The position numbers and the translations under genes are program-made. Positions 48,221 to 59,463 of a stretch of 64,000 bases of DNA are shown here, one piece after another. Position 1 is the stretch's first letter, and the number at the start of each line of letters is the position of its first letter. The notes under the pieces were generated by a model. It was not told where the DNA came from. It made no database searches and saw nothing but the letters and a program-made list of their open reading frames with translations. The DNA is from an uncultured Planctomycetia bacterium (GTDB taxonomy: Bacteria > Omnitrophota > Gorgyraeia > 2-02-FULL-51-18), in assembly GCA_964606485.1 (NCBI GenBank), contig CAZSGP010000003.1, forward strand, positions 2,481 to 66,480, read 5' to 3'.

Positions 48221-49030
48221 ATGATTAAAATCGGAATTGTCGGTTGCGGGACAATCGGCAAAGAGCTCGCAGAAGCCTGCCAAAAGCGTTTCTCCGACGG
48301 AGTGAAGCTGGACGCCTTGTCTGACACAGACCCACAGCGCGCACGAAAACTACAAGCACATTTAAAGCCCAAGCCTCAAATTTTACCGCTTGAAAAATTA
48401 ATCGAACGCTGTGATCTGGTCATTGAAGCAGCGTCCACACCCGCCGCTTACGAAGTGGCTAAAAAAGCATTGTCCCGCGGCAAAGATGTGATGGTGATGA
48501 GTGTGGGCGGGATTCTGGGCCACGAAAAAGAAATTTTTGAAATTGCGCGCACGCACCGCTGCTGCTTGTACCTGCCTAGTGGCGGAGTGGTGGGGCTCGA
48601 TGGTCTTAAGGCGGCGGGGATCGGCCACATTTATCGCGTCACACTCACGACGCGCAAGCCGCCGCAGGGATTTGAAGACGCGCCCTATGTGATCAAACAC
48701 AATATTAATCTTAAAAATTTAAAAGAAGAGAAAGTGTTGTTTGAGGGGGACGCACTCAAAGCGGTAAAAGGTTTCCCAAAAAACATCAACGTATCCGCCA
48801 CGCTGAGTCTCGTGGGGCTTGGCGCTAAGCGCACCAAGGTGCGCATTATCGCGGCGCCTCAGATGCTTGTGAATGTGCACGAGCTTTATGTTCAGGGTGA
48901 TTTCGGCAGTTTTTACACTCGTACTGAAAATTTCCCATCAGAACAAAATCCCAAAACAAGCCGGCTTGCTATTTTGTCGGCGGTGGCGACACTCGAACGC
49001 ATCCTAAAAAACGTCAAGATTGGAACCTGA
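48221..49030 (+). CDS. L-aspartate dehydrogenase-like (NadX/DUF108) oxidoreductase.
   Basis: N-terminal IGIVGCGTIG Rossmann motif and a C-terminal Asp-DH domain pattern. Confidence 0.7.
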   Translation: MIKIGIVGCGTIGKELAEACQKRFSDGVKLDALSDTDPQRARKLQAHLKPKPQILPLEKLIERCDLVIEAASTPAAYEVAKKALSRGKDVMVMSVGGILGHEKEIFEIARTHRCCLYLPSGGVVGLDGLKAAGIGHIYRVTLTTRKPPQGFEDAPYVIKHNINLKNLKEEKVLFEGDALKAVKGFPKNINVSATLSLVGLGAKRTKVRIIAAPQMLVNVHELYVQGDFGSFYTRTENFPSEQNPKTSRLAILSAVATLERILKNVKIGT

Positions 49031-49607
49031 TTCTTTTTTAACGGATTCCCAAATCCTTTCCGGATGCCAGAATCGTGACAAGCGATGCTGGGATCTTTTC
49101 GTTGAACGTTATTCCGATTTAATTTACTGGGCCATTTACCAAACCCTTCAAAAGAGCTCTCTCGCCAGCGACCCCTCGATCGCGGAAGATATTTTTCAAA
49201 GCGTTTTTGTGAAGCTGCTCGAGCAGGAAACGATTAAGCAGTTAAAAGAGTCCGATTCCATCAAAAAATATTTAGTCGTTACGGCGTCCAATGCCGCGCA
49301 GGACCGGATCCGAATGGTTTTGAGGCTTTCGAAGAAAACGACAGTTTTGGAGCAAAGTGATTGGGAGGGTGTGGGCGCAGAAGACGCTATTCAAAAGGTG
49401 CTGCGCGATGAAAAGATATGGGTGGTCTCAGCTGTTTTGGAATCCCTAAAACCCATCGAGCGGAAAATTGTGACGCGCTATTATTTGAAAGAGGAGACAT
49501 TTGAATCGATTGCACGGCACTTTTCAATGCCGCTGACCACGGTTTCGAATATTCTCGGCCGTGCCAAAGAGAAAATTAAAGATCGATTGAAGAATAAGGG
49601 TTTTTAG
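49020..49607 (+). CDS. ECF-type RNA polymerase sigma-70 family factor.
   Basis: Region 2 (DL.Q..F.KL) and region 4 HTH (ESIARHFSMPLTTVSNILGRAK). TTG start overlapping the upstream stop. Confidence 0.8.
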   Translation: MEPDSFLTDSQILSGCQNRDKRCWDLFVERYSDLIYWAIYQTLQKSSLASDPSIAEDIFQSVFVKLLEQETIKQLKESDSIKKYLVVTASNAAQDRIRMVLRLSKKTTVLEQSDWEGVGAEDAIQKVLRDEKIWVVSAVLESLKPIERKIVTRYYLKEETFESIARHFSMPLTTVSNILGRAKEKIKDRLKNKGF

Positions 49608-49668
49608 CGTTAAAAAAATAGTTGGAAAAAATCGAGGGGTCTGACGTCTAGTGTAGTGGGAGGAATTT

Positions 49669-50073
49669 ATGGATGAGATTGATGTTAATATAAAGAAATA
49701 CTTAGATTGGAATGAGAATTTACCCAAGGCGCCCGAATCTGCAGTGAACCGCGCAAAAGCATTAGTGGGGTCGAAAGGCGCAACTTTAAGCTGCCCCCAT
49801 TGTCACAAAAGCATCACGCCCTACAAATCGCCGCTGAGCCAGCAGAAGATTTTGGGATGGGTGTGGCTTGGGCTAGCCCTAACGGGTTTTGGAGCCTCGT
49901 TTATTTTTAAGGCGTATTTTTTTCAGTGCCTCGTCGTGGCGCTCATTTTTGCTTTTAAATTCATCATCGATCGCAAACAGACGAAAACCCAGATTTTGGT
50001 TTATAAAACTCTCTCCGAGGAGGTCGCGCCGCGCCGCCATCTTGATTTACACAAAGAAGAGAGTCGGCTATAA
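49669..50073 (+). CDS. Putative membrane-anchored zinc-finger anti-sigma factor.
   Basis: CPHCH motif, then one transmembrane helix, immediately downstream of the ECF sigma. The call rests on synteny only. Confidence 0.35.
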   Translation: MDEIDVNIKKYLDWNENLPKAPESAVNRAKALVGSKGATLSCPHCHKSITPYKSPLSQQKILGWVWLGLALTGFGASFIFKAYFFQCLVVALIFAFKFIIDRKQTKTQILVYKTLSEEVAPRRHLDLHKEESRL

Positions 50074-50087
50074 TCAGGCCCTTAAAA

Positions 50088-50162
50088 CGGGATGTAGCGC
50101 AGCTTGGCTAGCGCGCCTGGTTCGGGACCAGGAGGTCCAGGGTTCAAATCCCTGCATCCCGA
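50088..50162 (+). tRNA. tRNA-Pro (anticodon CGG).
   Basis: Folded by hand: acceptor CGGGATG/CATCCCG, D-stem GCGC, anticodon stem CCTGG/CCAGG with loop TTCGGGA, T-arm CAGGG-TTCAAAT-CCCTG, discriminator A, no encoded CCA. Closely resembles bacterial tRNA-Pro. Confidence 0.9.
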
Positions 50163-50174
50163 TTTTTTTAAACT

Positions 50175-50585
50175 ATGAAACACACCCACAGTGCCGGCGG
50201 AATTGTAATAAATCCAAAAGGCGAAATTTTGGTCGTCAACCAAAATAACGATTCCTGGTCTTTGCCTAAGGGGCATATTGACTCCGGCGAATCCCCACTT
50301 GAGGCGGCTGAGCGTGAAATTCATGAAGAGTCCGGAGTAAGTCGCTTGGAGCTTGTCCGGGACTTAGGAAGCTACACGCGCCCAAAAATTTCACTCGGCG
50401 GCGGAGATGATTCCTCTGAAACAAAAACCATACACATGTTTTTATTTAAAACATCTCAAAAAATATTAAAACCGATTGATCCGGATAATCCGGAGGCGCG
50501 CTGGGTAAAAAAAGAAGAAGTGGCTATGTTGTTGACGCACGCAAAAGATAAAGAGTTTTTTTTAGAAGCGGCCAAAGGGTTTTAA
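50175..50585 (+). CDS. NUDIX hydrolase.
   Basis: Nudix box GHIDSGESPLEAAEREIHEESG. Confidence 0.85.
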   Translation: MKHTHSAGGIVINPKGEILVVNQNNDSWSLPKGHIDSGESPLEAAEREIHEESGVSRLELVRDLGSYTRPKISLGGGDDSSETKTIHMFLFKTSQKILKPIDPDNPEARWVKKEEVAMLLTHAKDKEFFLEAAKGF

Positions 50586-50852
50586 TGATGAAAAATCGCT
50601 TTATCGAACAGCCGGGAACTGATTTTCAAAAAAAGGTCTGGAAAACAGTTTGCCGTATTCCGGCTGGAAAAACCTGGACTTATGGACAGCTTGCGAAAGT
50701 CATTGGTCACCCGGGTGCGGCGCGAGCCGTGGGATCCGCACTTTCGAAAAATAGACATCCGATCATCATCCCGTGCCACCGCGTGGTTCCGGCAAGTGGG
50801 GGCGTGGGTGGTTACGCGCTAGGCAGCGCCAAAAAAAAGAAGCTTCTGGAAA

Positions 50853-53674
<2,822 letters not shown>

Positions 53675-53679
53675 GGACG

Positions 53680-54567
53680 GTGGAAGAAACCCTTGGTCTT
53701 TTTCTGGATTATGTCTCGATCGAAAAAGGGCTTTCCCGCAACACCCTGGACGCTTACCGCAGGGATCTTGAGCGGTATCTCGCGTTTCTAAAAAAAGAAC
53801 GCATTAAGCACCCAGATCAGATTTCCCGAAAAGAAATCACGGAGTTTTTGCTCAGCGAAAGAGACCGGGGTCTTGAGCCAACCTCGGTGGCAAGGGCGCT
53901 TGTGGCTGTGCGAATGTTTCACCGCTTTTTGTCGCAAGAAGGAAAAGCAAAGAAAGATGTGACCGATGTTTTGGAGGCGCCCAAAACCTGGAAAAAACTT
54001 CCGGAAGTTTTAAGTCTGCTGGAAGTCGAAAAATTAATTAAGGCACCCGATTTAAAAACGCTGCAAGGAATTCGGGATCAGGCGATTTTAGAATTAATGT
54101 ACGCCACGGGTTTGCGCGCGTCTGAGGTGACTGTTTTGACCGCACAGAATTTAAATCTTGAGAAGGGTTTTTTGCGCGTGACCGGAAAAGGCAGCAAGGA
54201 GCGTCTCGTGCCGGTCGGGGGCGTTGCTCGAAAATGCATTTCGGATTATTTGAGCCGGGTGCGAACGCCTTGGACGAAATCAAAACCCGTTGAAGCGTTG
54301 TTTGTGACGCGTTTTGGAAAAAAAATGTCCCGCCAGACGGTGTGGGGTATTTTAAAGAAATACGCGAAAGTGGCGGGGATCGGAAAAGAAATTTACCCGC
54401 ATATTTTAAGGCACTCTTTCGCGACGCATTTATTGGAGCACGGCGCGGACTTGCGCGTGGTGCAGGAGTTGTTGGGGCACTCTGATATCGCAACGACACA
54501 GATTTATACGCACGTAGAAAAATCTAGATTAAAAGGAATTCACGCAAAGTTTCACCCAAGACCATAG
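53680..54567 (+). CDS. xerD: Tyrosine recombinase XerD/XerC family (chromosome dimer resolution).
   Basis: N-terminal core-binding domain LSRNTLDAYRRDL and catalytic R...HxxR...Y (HILRHSFATHLL...IYTH). Confidence 0.85.
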   Translation: MEETLGLFLDYVSIEKGLSRNTLDAYRRDLERYLAFLKKERIKHPDQISRKEITEFLLSERDRGLEPTSVARALVAVRMFHRFLSQEGKAKKDVTDVLEAPKTWKKLPEVLSLLEVEKLIKAPDLKTLQGIRDQAILELMYATGLRASEVTVLTAQNLNLEKGFLRVTGKGSKERLVPVGGVARKCISDYLSRVRTPWTKSKPVEALFVTRFGKKMSRQTVWGILKKYAKVAGIGKEIYPHILRHSFATHLLEHGADLRVVQELLGHSDIATTQIYTHVEKSRLKGIHAKFHPRP

Positions 54568-54576
54568 GAGAAGGCC

Positions 54577-54942
54577 ATGTCTCAAAGAGCAGACCAAGTC
54601 GCAGAAGAACTTCGAAAAATTATCAGTATGATTTTGATCGATGATTTAAATGACCCGCGCATGGGTTTTGTCACCATTATGCGCGTGGAGATGACAGACG
54701 ATCTGCGATTTGCAAAAGTGTTTTACAGTGTTTTGGGCGACGAAGAAAAAATTGCTTCCACCGAAGAAGCGATTGCCGAAAATTTAAGCTTCATTAAGCG
54801 CATGGCTGTCGAACGCATCAATATGAAGTACGCGACTGAAATCCGTTTCGAGCGTGATAGCTCTATCGAGCATAGCTTTAAAATTGATGCCATCCTCAAA
54901 AAAATTAAAACCGACGAAGAGAAAAAAGACAAGCCCGCTTAA
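54577..54942 (+). CDS. rbfA: Ribosome-binding factor A.
   Basis: KH-like domain; R...V...i...l pattern; synteny with truB. Confidence 0.9.
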   Translation: MSQRADQVAEELRKIISMILIDDLNDPRMGFVTIMRVEMTDDLRFAKVFYSVLGDEEKIASTEEAIAENLSFIKRMAVERINMKYATEIRFERDSSIEHSFKIDAILKKIKTDEEKKDKPA

Positions 54943-54943
54943 A

Positions 54944-55618
54944 ATGGACGGAATCCTTCTCTTCGATAAACCCAAAGGCTGGACGAGTCATGACGCCGTG
55001 GATTTTGTTCGGCGCATTATCCATCAGAAAAAAGTAGGTCACGCCGGAACGCTTGACCCGATGGCCACAGGACTTTTGGTGCTTCTTCTGGGAGCTGCCA
55101 CTAAACGATCCCAAGAATTGAGCGGTTTGGACAAAGACTATTCGGGCTCTATGCGGCTAGGCGTTGAAACGGACACCTATGATATGGACGGAAAAATTAT
55201 TTCCCAAAAAGATCCGGGCCCAATCCAAGAAGATTTGATCCACGGAATTTTCAAAACCTTCCAGGGCGAACAAGAACAGATCCCGCCGGCGTATTCCGCC
55301 ATCAAAAAAGACGGAAAGAAAATGTACGAACTGGCTCGAAAGGGCATCGTCGTGGAAATAGCGCCGCGCAAAGTTCGGATAGATGAATTAAAACTGACTC
55401 ATTATGCGAGTCCAGAAGTCGGTTTTTTTATGAGATGTTCCAAGGGAACCTATGTCCGGTCCGTTTGTCACGCGGTTGGGAAGAAGCTGGGTTGTGGTGC
55501 GGCGCTGTCCGTGTTGCAGCGCGAAAGAATCGGCCCTTTTCATTTAAAGGATGCGTTCACGAAAGAAGCTCTAAGTGATATCACAATTTCATCGCTCGAG
55601 AAAAAAATTATCCCATGA
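54944..55618 (+). CDS. truB: tRNA pseudouridine(55) synthase.
   Basis: Internal ATG giving MDGILLFDKPKGWTSHD. Catalytic Asp in GHAGTLDP. Confidence 0.9.
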   Translation: MDGILLFDKPKGWTSHDAVDFVRRIIHQKKVGHAGTLDPMATGLLVLLLGAATKRSQELSGLDKDYSGSMRLGVETDTYDMDGKIISQKDPGPIQEDLIHGIFKTFQGEQEQIPPAYSAIKKDGKKMYELARKGIVVEIAPRKVRIDELKLTHYASPEVGFFMRCSKGTYVRSVCHAVGKKLGCGAALSVLQRERIGPFHLKDAFTKEALSDITISSLEKKIIP

Positions 55619-56535
55619 AAGTTTACAACGGATTTTCGGATAAACGGCTTAAACCAAAAAACCGCGGCGTAGCCATCGGCGTTTTTGATGGAGTGCACCG
55701 GGGGCATCAAGCGATTTTAAAAACAGCCGTTTTTTATTCGAGAGCCGAGGGGTGGTCGTCGACGGTCGTGACTTTTGATCCGGACCCCCTTAAAATTTTA
55801 TCTCCAAAAACACCTCATCCGGTTTTAATTTCGCTCGAACATCGTCTGAATTTGTTTGAACAATTTGGAATTCAGGAAGTAGTGGTGGTTGCGTTTGATC
55901 AAAAATTTTCAAAAATTCCTCATGATTATTTTTTAAATGTACTGCTGATTCATAAACTTGGCACGCGACGGCTCGTGGTGGGAGATGATTTTAGATTTGG
56001 CGCTAAGGGTTTGGGAGATGCGGCTTATTTAAGGAAAGCCGAATCAGAGGGCCGGTTGGCGCTCAGCGTCGTTTCTCCGCTCAAGTACGCCGGCCAAACA
56101 GTTTCTAGCACTTTTATTCGAGGGCTGATTCAAAAAGGGTATTTGGTAAATGCAGAGAAAATGCTCGGGCGCGCCGTGACAATCCGCGGAACCGTCGTGA
56201 AGGGCAATGGGCGCGGGCGAAAAATAGGGTATCCGACTGCCAATCTCAACCCTCACCACGAAACCCTACCTCCGCAGGGAGTTTACGCAGTTCGAGGTAG
56301 GTTTGGCAAAAAAATCCTTAAAGGAGTAGTGCATATCGGACCCAGACCCACCTTTAAAGAAGCTGAGGCGAGCGTCGAGGTTCATTTCCTTAACTTTAAG
56401 GGTAATCTTTACGGTAAAACCGTCGAACTTGAGTTTTCATTGAAGATCCGAGAGGTTCAGCGCTTCAAGACTCCGGGGGAGCTACAAAAAACCATTGAGA
56501 AAGATATTCGGAAAGCCTTGCATATCCTGAGTTGA
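55615..56535 (+). CDS. ribF: Bifunctional riboflavin kinase/FMN adenylyltransferase.
   Basis: G.FDGVHRGHQ and the C-terminal flavokinase motif (GYPTANL, PTF). Confidence 0.95.
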   Translation: MKVYNGFSDKRLKPKNRGVAIGVFDGVHRGHQAILKTAVFYSRAEGWSSTVVTFDPDPLKILSPKTPHPVLISLEHRLNLFEQFGIQEVVVVAFDQKFSKIPHDYFLNVLLIHKLGTRRLVVGDDFRFGAKGLGDAAYLRKAESEGRLALSVVSPLKYAGQTVSSTFIRGLIQKGYLVNAEKMLGRAVTIRGTVVKGNGRGRKIGYPTANLNPHHETLPPQGVYAVRGRFGKKILKGVVHIGPRPTFKEAEASVEVHFLNFKGNLYGKTVELEFSLKIREVQRFKTPGELQKTIEKDIRKALHILS

Positions 56536-56546
56536 TTGGGTATACT
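56518..56546 (+). promoter_or_regulatory. Candidate sigma70 promoter for rpsO-pnp (TTGCAT, 17 nt spacer, TATACT), located in the 3' end of ribF.
   Basis: Hexamers read directly from the sequence; about 45 nt upstream of the rpsO ATG, with a GGAG RBS. Confidence 0.45.
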
Positions 56547-56590
56547 GTGCCCAGTGCTAAAAAGCCAAAAACAAGGAGTTTTTTAAGAGT

Positions 56591-56860
56591 ATGTCCATTA
56601 CCAAAGAGAGAAAGACAGACGTTATCACGAAACACAAGACTCACGACAAAGACACTGGGTCTTCATTCGTTCAAGTTGCAATTTTAACCGAGCGCATCAA
56701 TACGCTCGGAGAGCATTTCAAGTCTCATGCCCGAGACAATCATTCGCGTAGAGGACTTCTCAAGCTGGTTTCGCAGCGCCGGAAGCTTCTGGATTATTTG
56801 AAACGCGAAAACCAAAATGCTTATCAAAAGCTCATCGTAGATCTCGATCTCAGAAAATAA
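56591..56860 (+). CDS. rpsO: 30S ribosomal protein S15.
   Basis: GS.EVQVA.LT.RI..L..H...H.KD.HSRRGL..LV..RR.LL.YL. Confidence 0.95.
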   Translation: MSITKERKTDVITKHKTHDKDTGSSFVQVAILTERINTLGEHFKSHARDNHSRRGLLKLVSQRRKLLDYLKRENQNAYQKLIVDLDLRK

Positions 56861-56867
56861 AACCATC

Positions 56868-59054
56868 ATGAAAACATTTGAAGTTCAAATCGGTAGGAAT
56901 GCTTTGTCTTTTGAAACCGGTCGTATGGCCAAACAGGCCGACGGTGCATTTGTTGTCCGCTATGGTGACACCATGGTTTTCGTGGCTGTTTGTGGCGCCC
57001 GTAAGCCTAAAGAGGGAACAGACTTTTTTCCTTTGACGGTGGATTATCAGGAAAAAGCGTATGCCGGCGGAAAAATCCCCGGTGGTTATTTTAAGCGCGA
57101 AGGAAAGGCGACTGAGAAAGAAACGCTGACTTCTCGTCTCATTGATCGTCCAATTCGCCCTCTTTTCCCAGAAGGTTTTTACAACGAAGTTCAAATCACG
57201 GCCAATGTATGGTCCAGTGACAAAGAACACAACGCCGACGTGCTGGCAATGAATGCCGCATCGGCCGCGTTAATGGTTTCCGGTATTCCGTTTCTAGGTC
57301 CCATGGCCGCCGCACGCGTTGCGGATGTGGATGGAGAATTCATCATCAACCCGACATACAAAGATCTTGAGAAGGCGACGCTTGAAATTATGGTTGCTGT
57401 CACCGAGATGGGTATCATTATGATTGAAGCGGGTGCTGAAATTGTAGCCGAAGAGCGCATTGTCGAAGCGCTGGCGTTTGCTGAAAAAGCATTAAAGCCG
57501 GTTCTTGAGCTTCAGAAGAAAATGAAAAAAGAATGCGGCAAGACCGAATGGGTTGTGAAACTCCAGACCATCGATGAAGCGCTGCTCAAAAAAGTAACGG
57601 ATCTTTCGACGAAGGAAATGGATCGCATTAACCGCAACGAAAAAACCAAAGAATCGCGTGACGAAGCTTTGGGCGCTCTCTGCGAAAAGATCGTAGCGGA
57701 GATTGTTGTTGAAGGCTCAACGATTACTTCAGCTCAAGTCAAAGCGGCATTTCATGAAGCGGAAAAGAAGAGCGTTCGTAAATTTATTCTTGATGAAAAA
57801 ATGCGCACCGACGGACGCAAATTCGAAGACATTCGTCCGATTAGCTGCGAAGTCAATATCATCCCGCGGGCGCACGGATCCGCTTTGTTTACACGTGGCC
57901 AAACGCAGTCACTGGGTGTGGTTACCCTTGGCACGAGCCGCGATGAGCAGATGATTGATGCTATTGAAGGGGATATTTATAAAAATTTCATGCTTCACTA
58001 TAATTTCCCGGCGTTCTCCGTCGGCGAAGTGAAGCCCAACCGCGGTCCAGGTCGTCGCGAAATTGGTCACGGAGCATTAGCTGAAAGAGGATTGCGTTCG
58101 GTTGTGCCTACCAAAGAACAGTTTCCGTACACGATTCGCGTGGTTTCAGAAATTCTTGAATCCAACGGTTCGTCCAGCATGGCCAGCGTTTGCTCGGGTA
58201 CCATGGCAATGATGGCGGCTGGTGTTCCAATCAAGGCTCCGGTTAGCGGAATCGCGATGGGACTCGTCAAAGAAAAAGATAAAGTTGCGGTTTTGTCGGA
58301 TATTGCCGGAGTGGAAGATCATTTGGGTGATATGGATTTTAAAGTCACCGGCACCGAAACGGGCGTAACGGCGATTCAGCTGGATCTTAAACTGAAGGAC
58401 TCTATCGACGTTTCAACGCTTCGCAAAGCTTTAGAACAGGCGCGTCAGGGTCGTTTGCACATCTTAAAGAAGATGGTTGCGGCGATTGCACAGCCTAGCA
58501 GTGAGCTTTCTCAGTTTGCTCCTCGCACAACGACGATCAAAGTGGATCCAGATAAGATCCGCGAGATTATTGGACCCGGCGGAAAGATGATTCGCAAAAT
58601 TACGGCGGATTCTGGAGCCCAGGTTGAAGTGGAGGATGACGGAACAGTTCGCGTTTCTTCTGCCGATGGTGAGGCCGCCCAAAAGGCGATTGATATCATC
58701 AAGGGAATTACCTCTGACGCAGAAGTTGGTAAAGTTTACAAAGCGACTGTTCGCCGCATCATGAATTTCGGAGCGTTCTGCGAAATTTTGCCCGGAAAAG
58801 AAGGTTTGGTTCACGTTTCTGAGTTGTCTGACGATTTTGTCGACAATGTCGAAAGCGTCGTGAAGGTGGGCGACGAGATCATGGTGAAAGTGATCGAGAT
58901 TGATTCTATGGGACGCATCAATCTTTCCAAAAAACAATCCAGTTCCGACGCGCCTCCGGTCGTGGCCAAGCGTGGTGACCGTCCCGGCCGCGGAGACAGA
59001 GGAGAGCGCGGTGAAAACAATAAAGGTTCATTTAAAAAGAAATCCTGGAACTGA
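56868..59054 (+). CDS. pnp: Polyribonucleotide nucleotidyltransferase (PNPase).
   Basis: Two RNase PH domains, a KH domain and an S1 domain, plus a Gly/Arg-rich tail. Confidence 0.95.
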   Translation: MKTFEVQIGRNALSFETGRMAKQADGAFVVRYGDTMVFVAVCGARKPKEGTDFFPLTVDYQEKAYAGGKIPGGYFKREGKATEKETLTSRLIDRPIRPLFPEGFYNEVQITANVWSSDKEHNADVLAMNAASAALMVSGIPFLGPMAAARVADVDGEFIINPTYKDLEKATLEIMVAVTEMGIIMIEAGAEIVAEERIVEALAFAEKALKPVLELQKKMKKECGKTEWVVKLQTIDEALLKKVTDLSTKEMDRINRNEKTKESRDEALGALCEKIVAEIVVEGSTITSAQVKAAFHEAEKKSVRKFILDEKMRTDGRKFEDIRPISCEVNIIPRAHGSALFTRGQTQSLGVVTLGTSRDEQMIDAIEGDIYKNFMLHYNFPAFSVGEVKPNRGPGRREIGHGALAERGLRSVVPTKEQFPYTIRVVSEILESNGSSSMASVCSGTMAMMAAGVPIKAPVSGIAMGLVKEKDKVAVLSDIAGVEDHLGDMDFKVTGTETGVTAIQLDLKLKDSIDVSTLRKALEQARQGRLHILKKMVAAIAQPSSELSQFAPRTTTIKVDPDKIREIIGPGGKMIRKITADSGAQVEVEDDGTVRVSSADGEAAQKAIDIIKGITSDAEVGKVYKATVRRIMNFGAFCEILPGKEGLVHVSELSDDFVDNVESVVKVGDEIMVKVIEIDSMGRINLSKKQSSSDAPPVVAKRGDRPGRGDRGERGENNKGSFKKKSWN

Positions 59055-59460
59055 GGATCTTCCGCTTCCGAATTACCAATCGGAAGGGGCCTCAGGAATG
59101 GATCTTTACGCGGCGGTGACCGAGGATTTGCCGATCGCCCCGGGTGAGATCAAGCTTGTCCCGACAGGTATTTCGATTCAACTTCCCCTAGGCTACGAGG
59201 CGCAAATCCGTCCTCGTAGCGGTCTTGCGCTCAAGCATGGCATTACCTTCGTCAATACTCCTGGTACAATAGACAGTGACTATCGAGGCGCTATTAGCCT
59301 CATCATGGCAAACGTCGGTAAAGATATTTACGTGATTAAGCGCGGTGCTCGAGTGGCCCAGATGGTGATTCAGGAGGTAATCCGTGCTCAAATGGAGGAA
59401 GTTTTGGAACTTGGCGACACCGTTCGAGCGGGTGGCGGTTTTGGTCACACCGGAGTCTAA
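59011..59460 (+). CDS. dut: dUTP diphosphatase.
   Basis: Motifs GASGMDLYAA, RSGLALKHGI, and GTIDSDYRG. Start inferred at an internal GTG; the ORF track extends to TTG 58900. Overlaps the pnp 3' end. Confidence 0.8.
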   Translation: MKTIKVHLKRNPGTEDLPLPNYQSEGASGMDLYAAVTEDLPIAPGEIKLVPTGISIQLPLGYEAQIRPRSGLALKHGITFVNTPGTIDSDYRGAISLIMANVGKDIYVIKRGARVAQMVIQEVIRAQMEEVLELGDTVRAGGGFGHTGV

Positions 59461-59463
59461 AGC

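Noticed and set aside
53680-54567. Tyrosine recombinase 3.5 kb downstream of tRNA-Pro, a possible integrase-marked genomic island.
   Set aside because: The sequence has a typical XerC/XerD N-terminal core-binding domain and catalytic motifs. It sits in a housekeeping run (ligA, rbfA, truB). There are no direct repeats of the tRNA 3' end and no phage or cargo genes, so I treat it as chromosome-dimer resolvase XerD.
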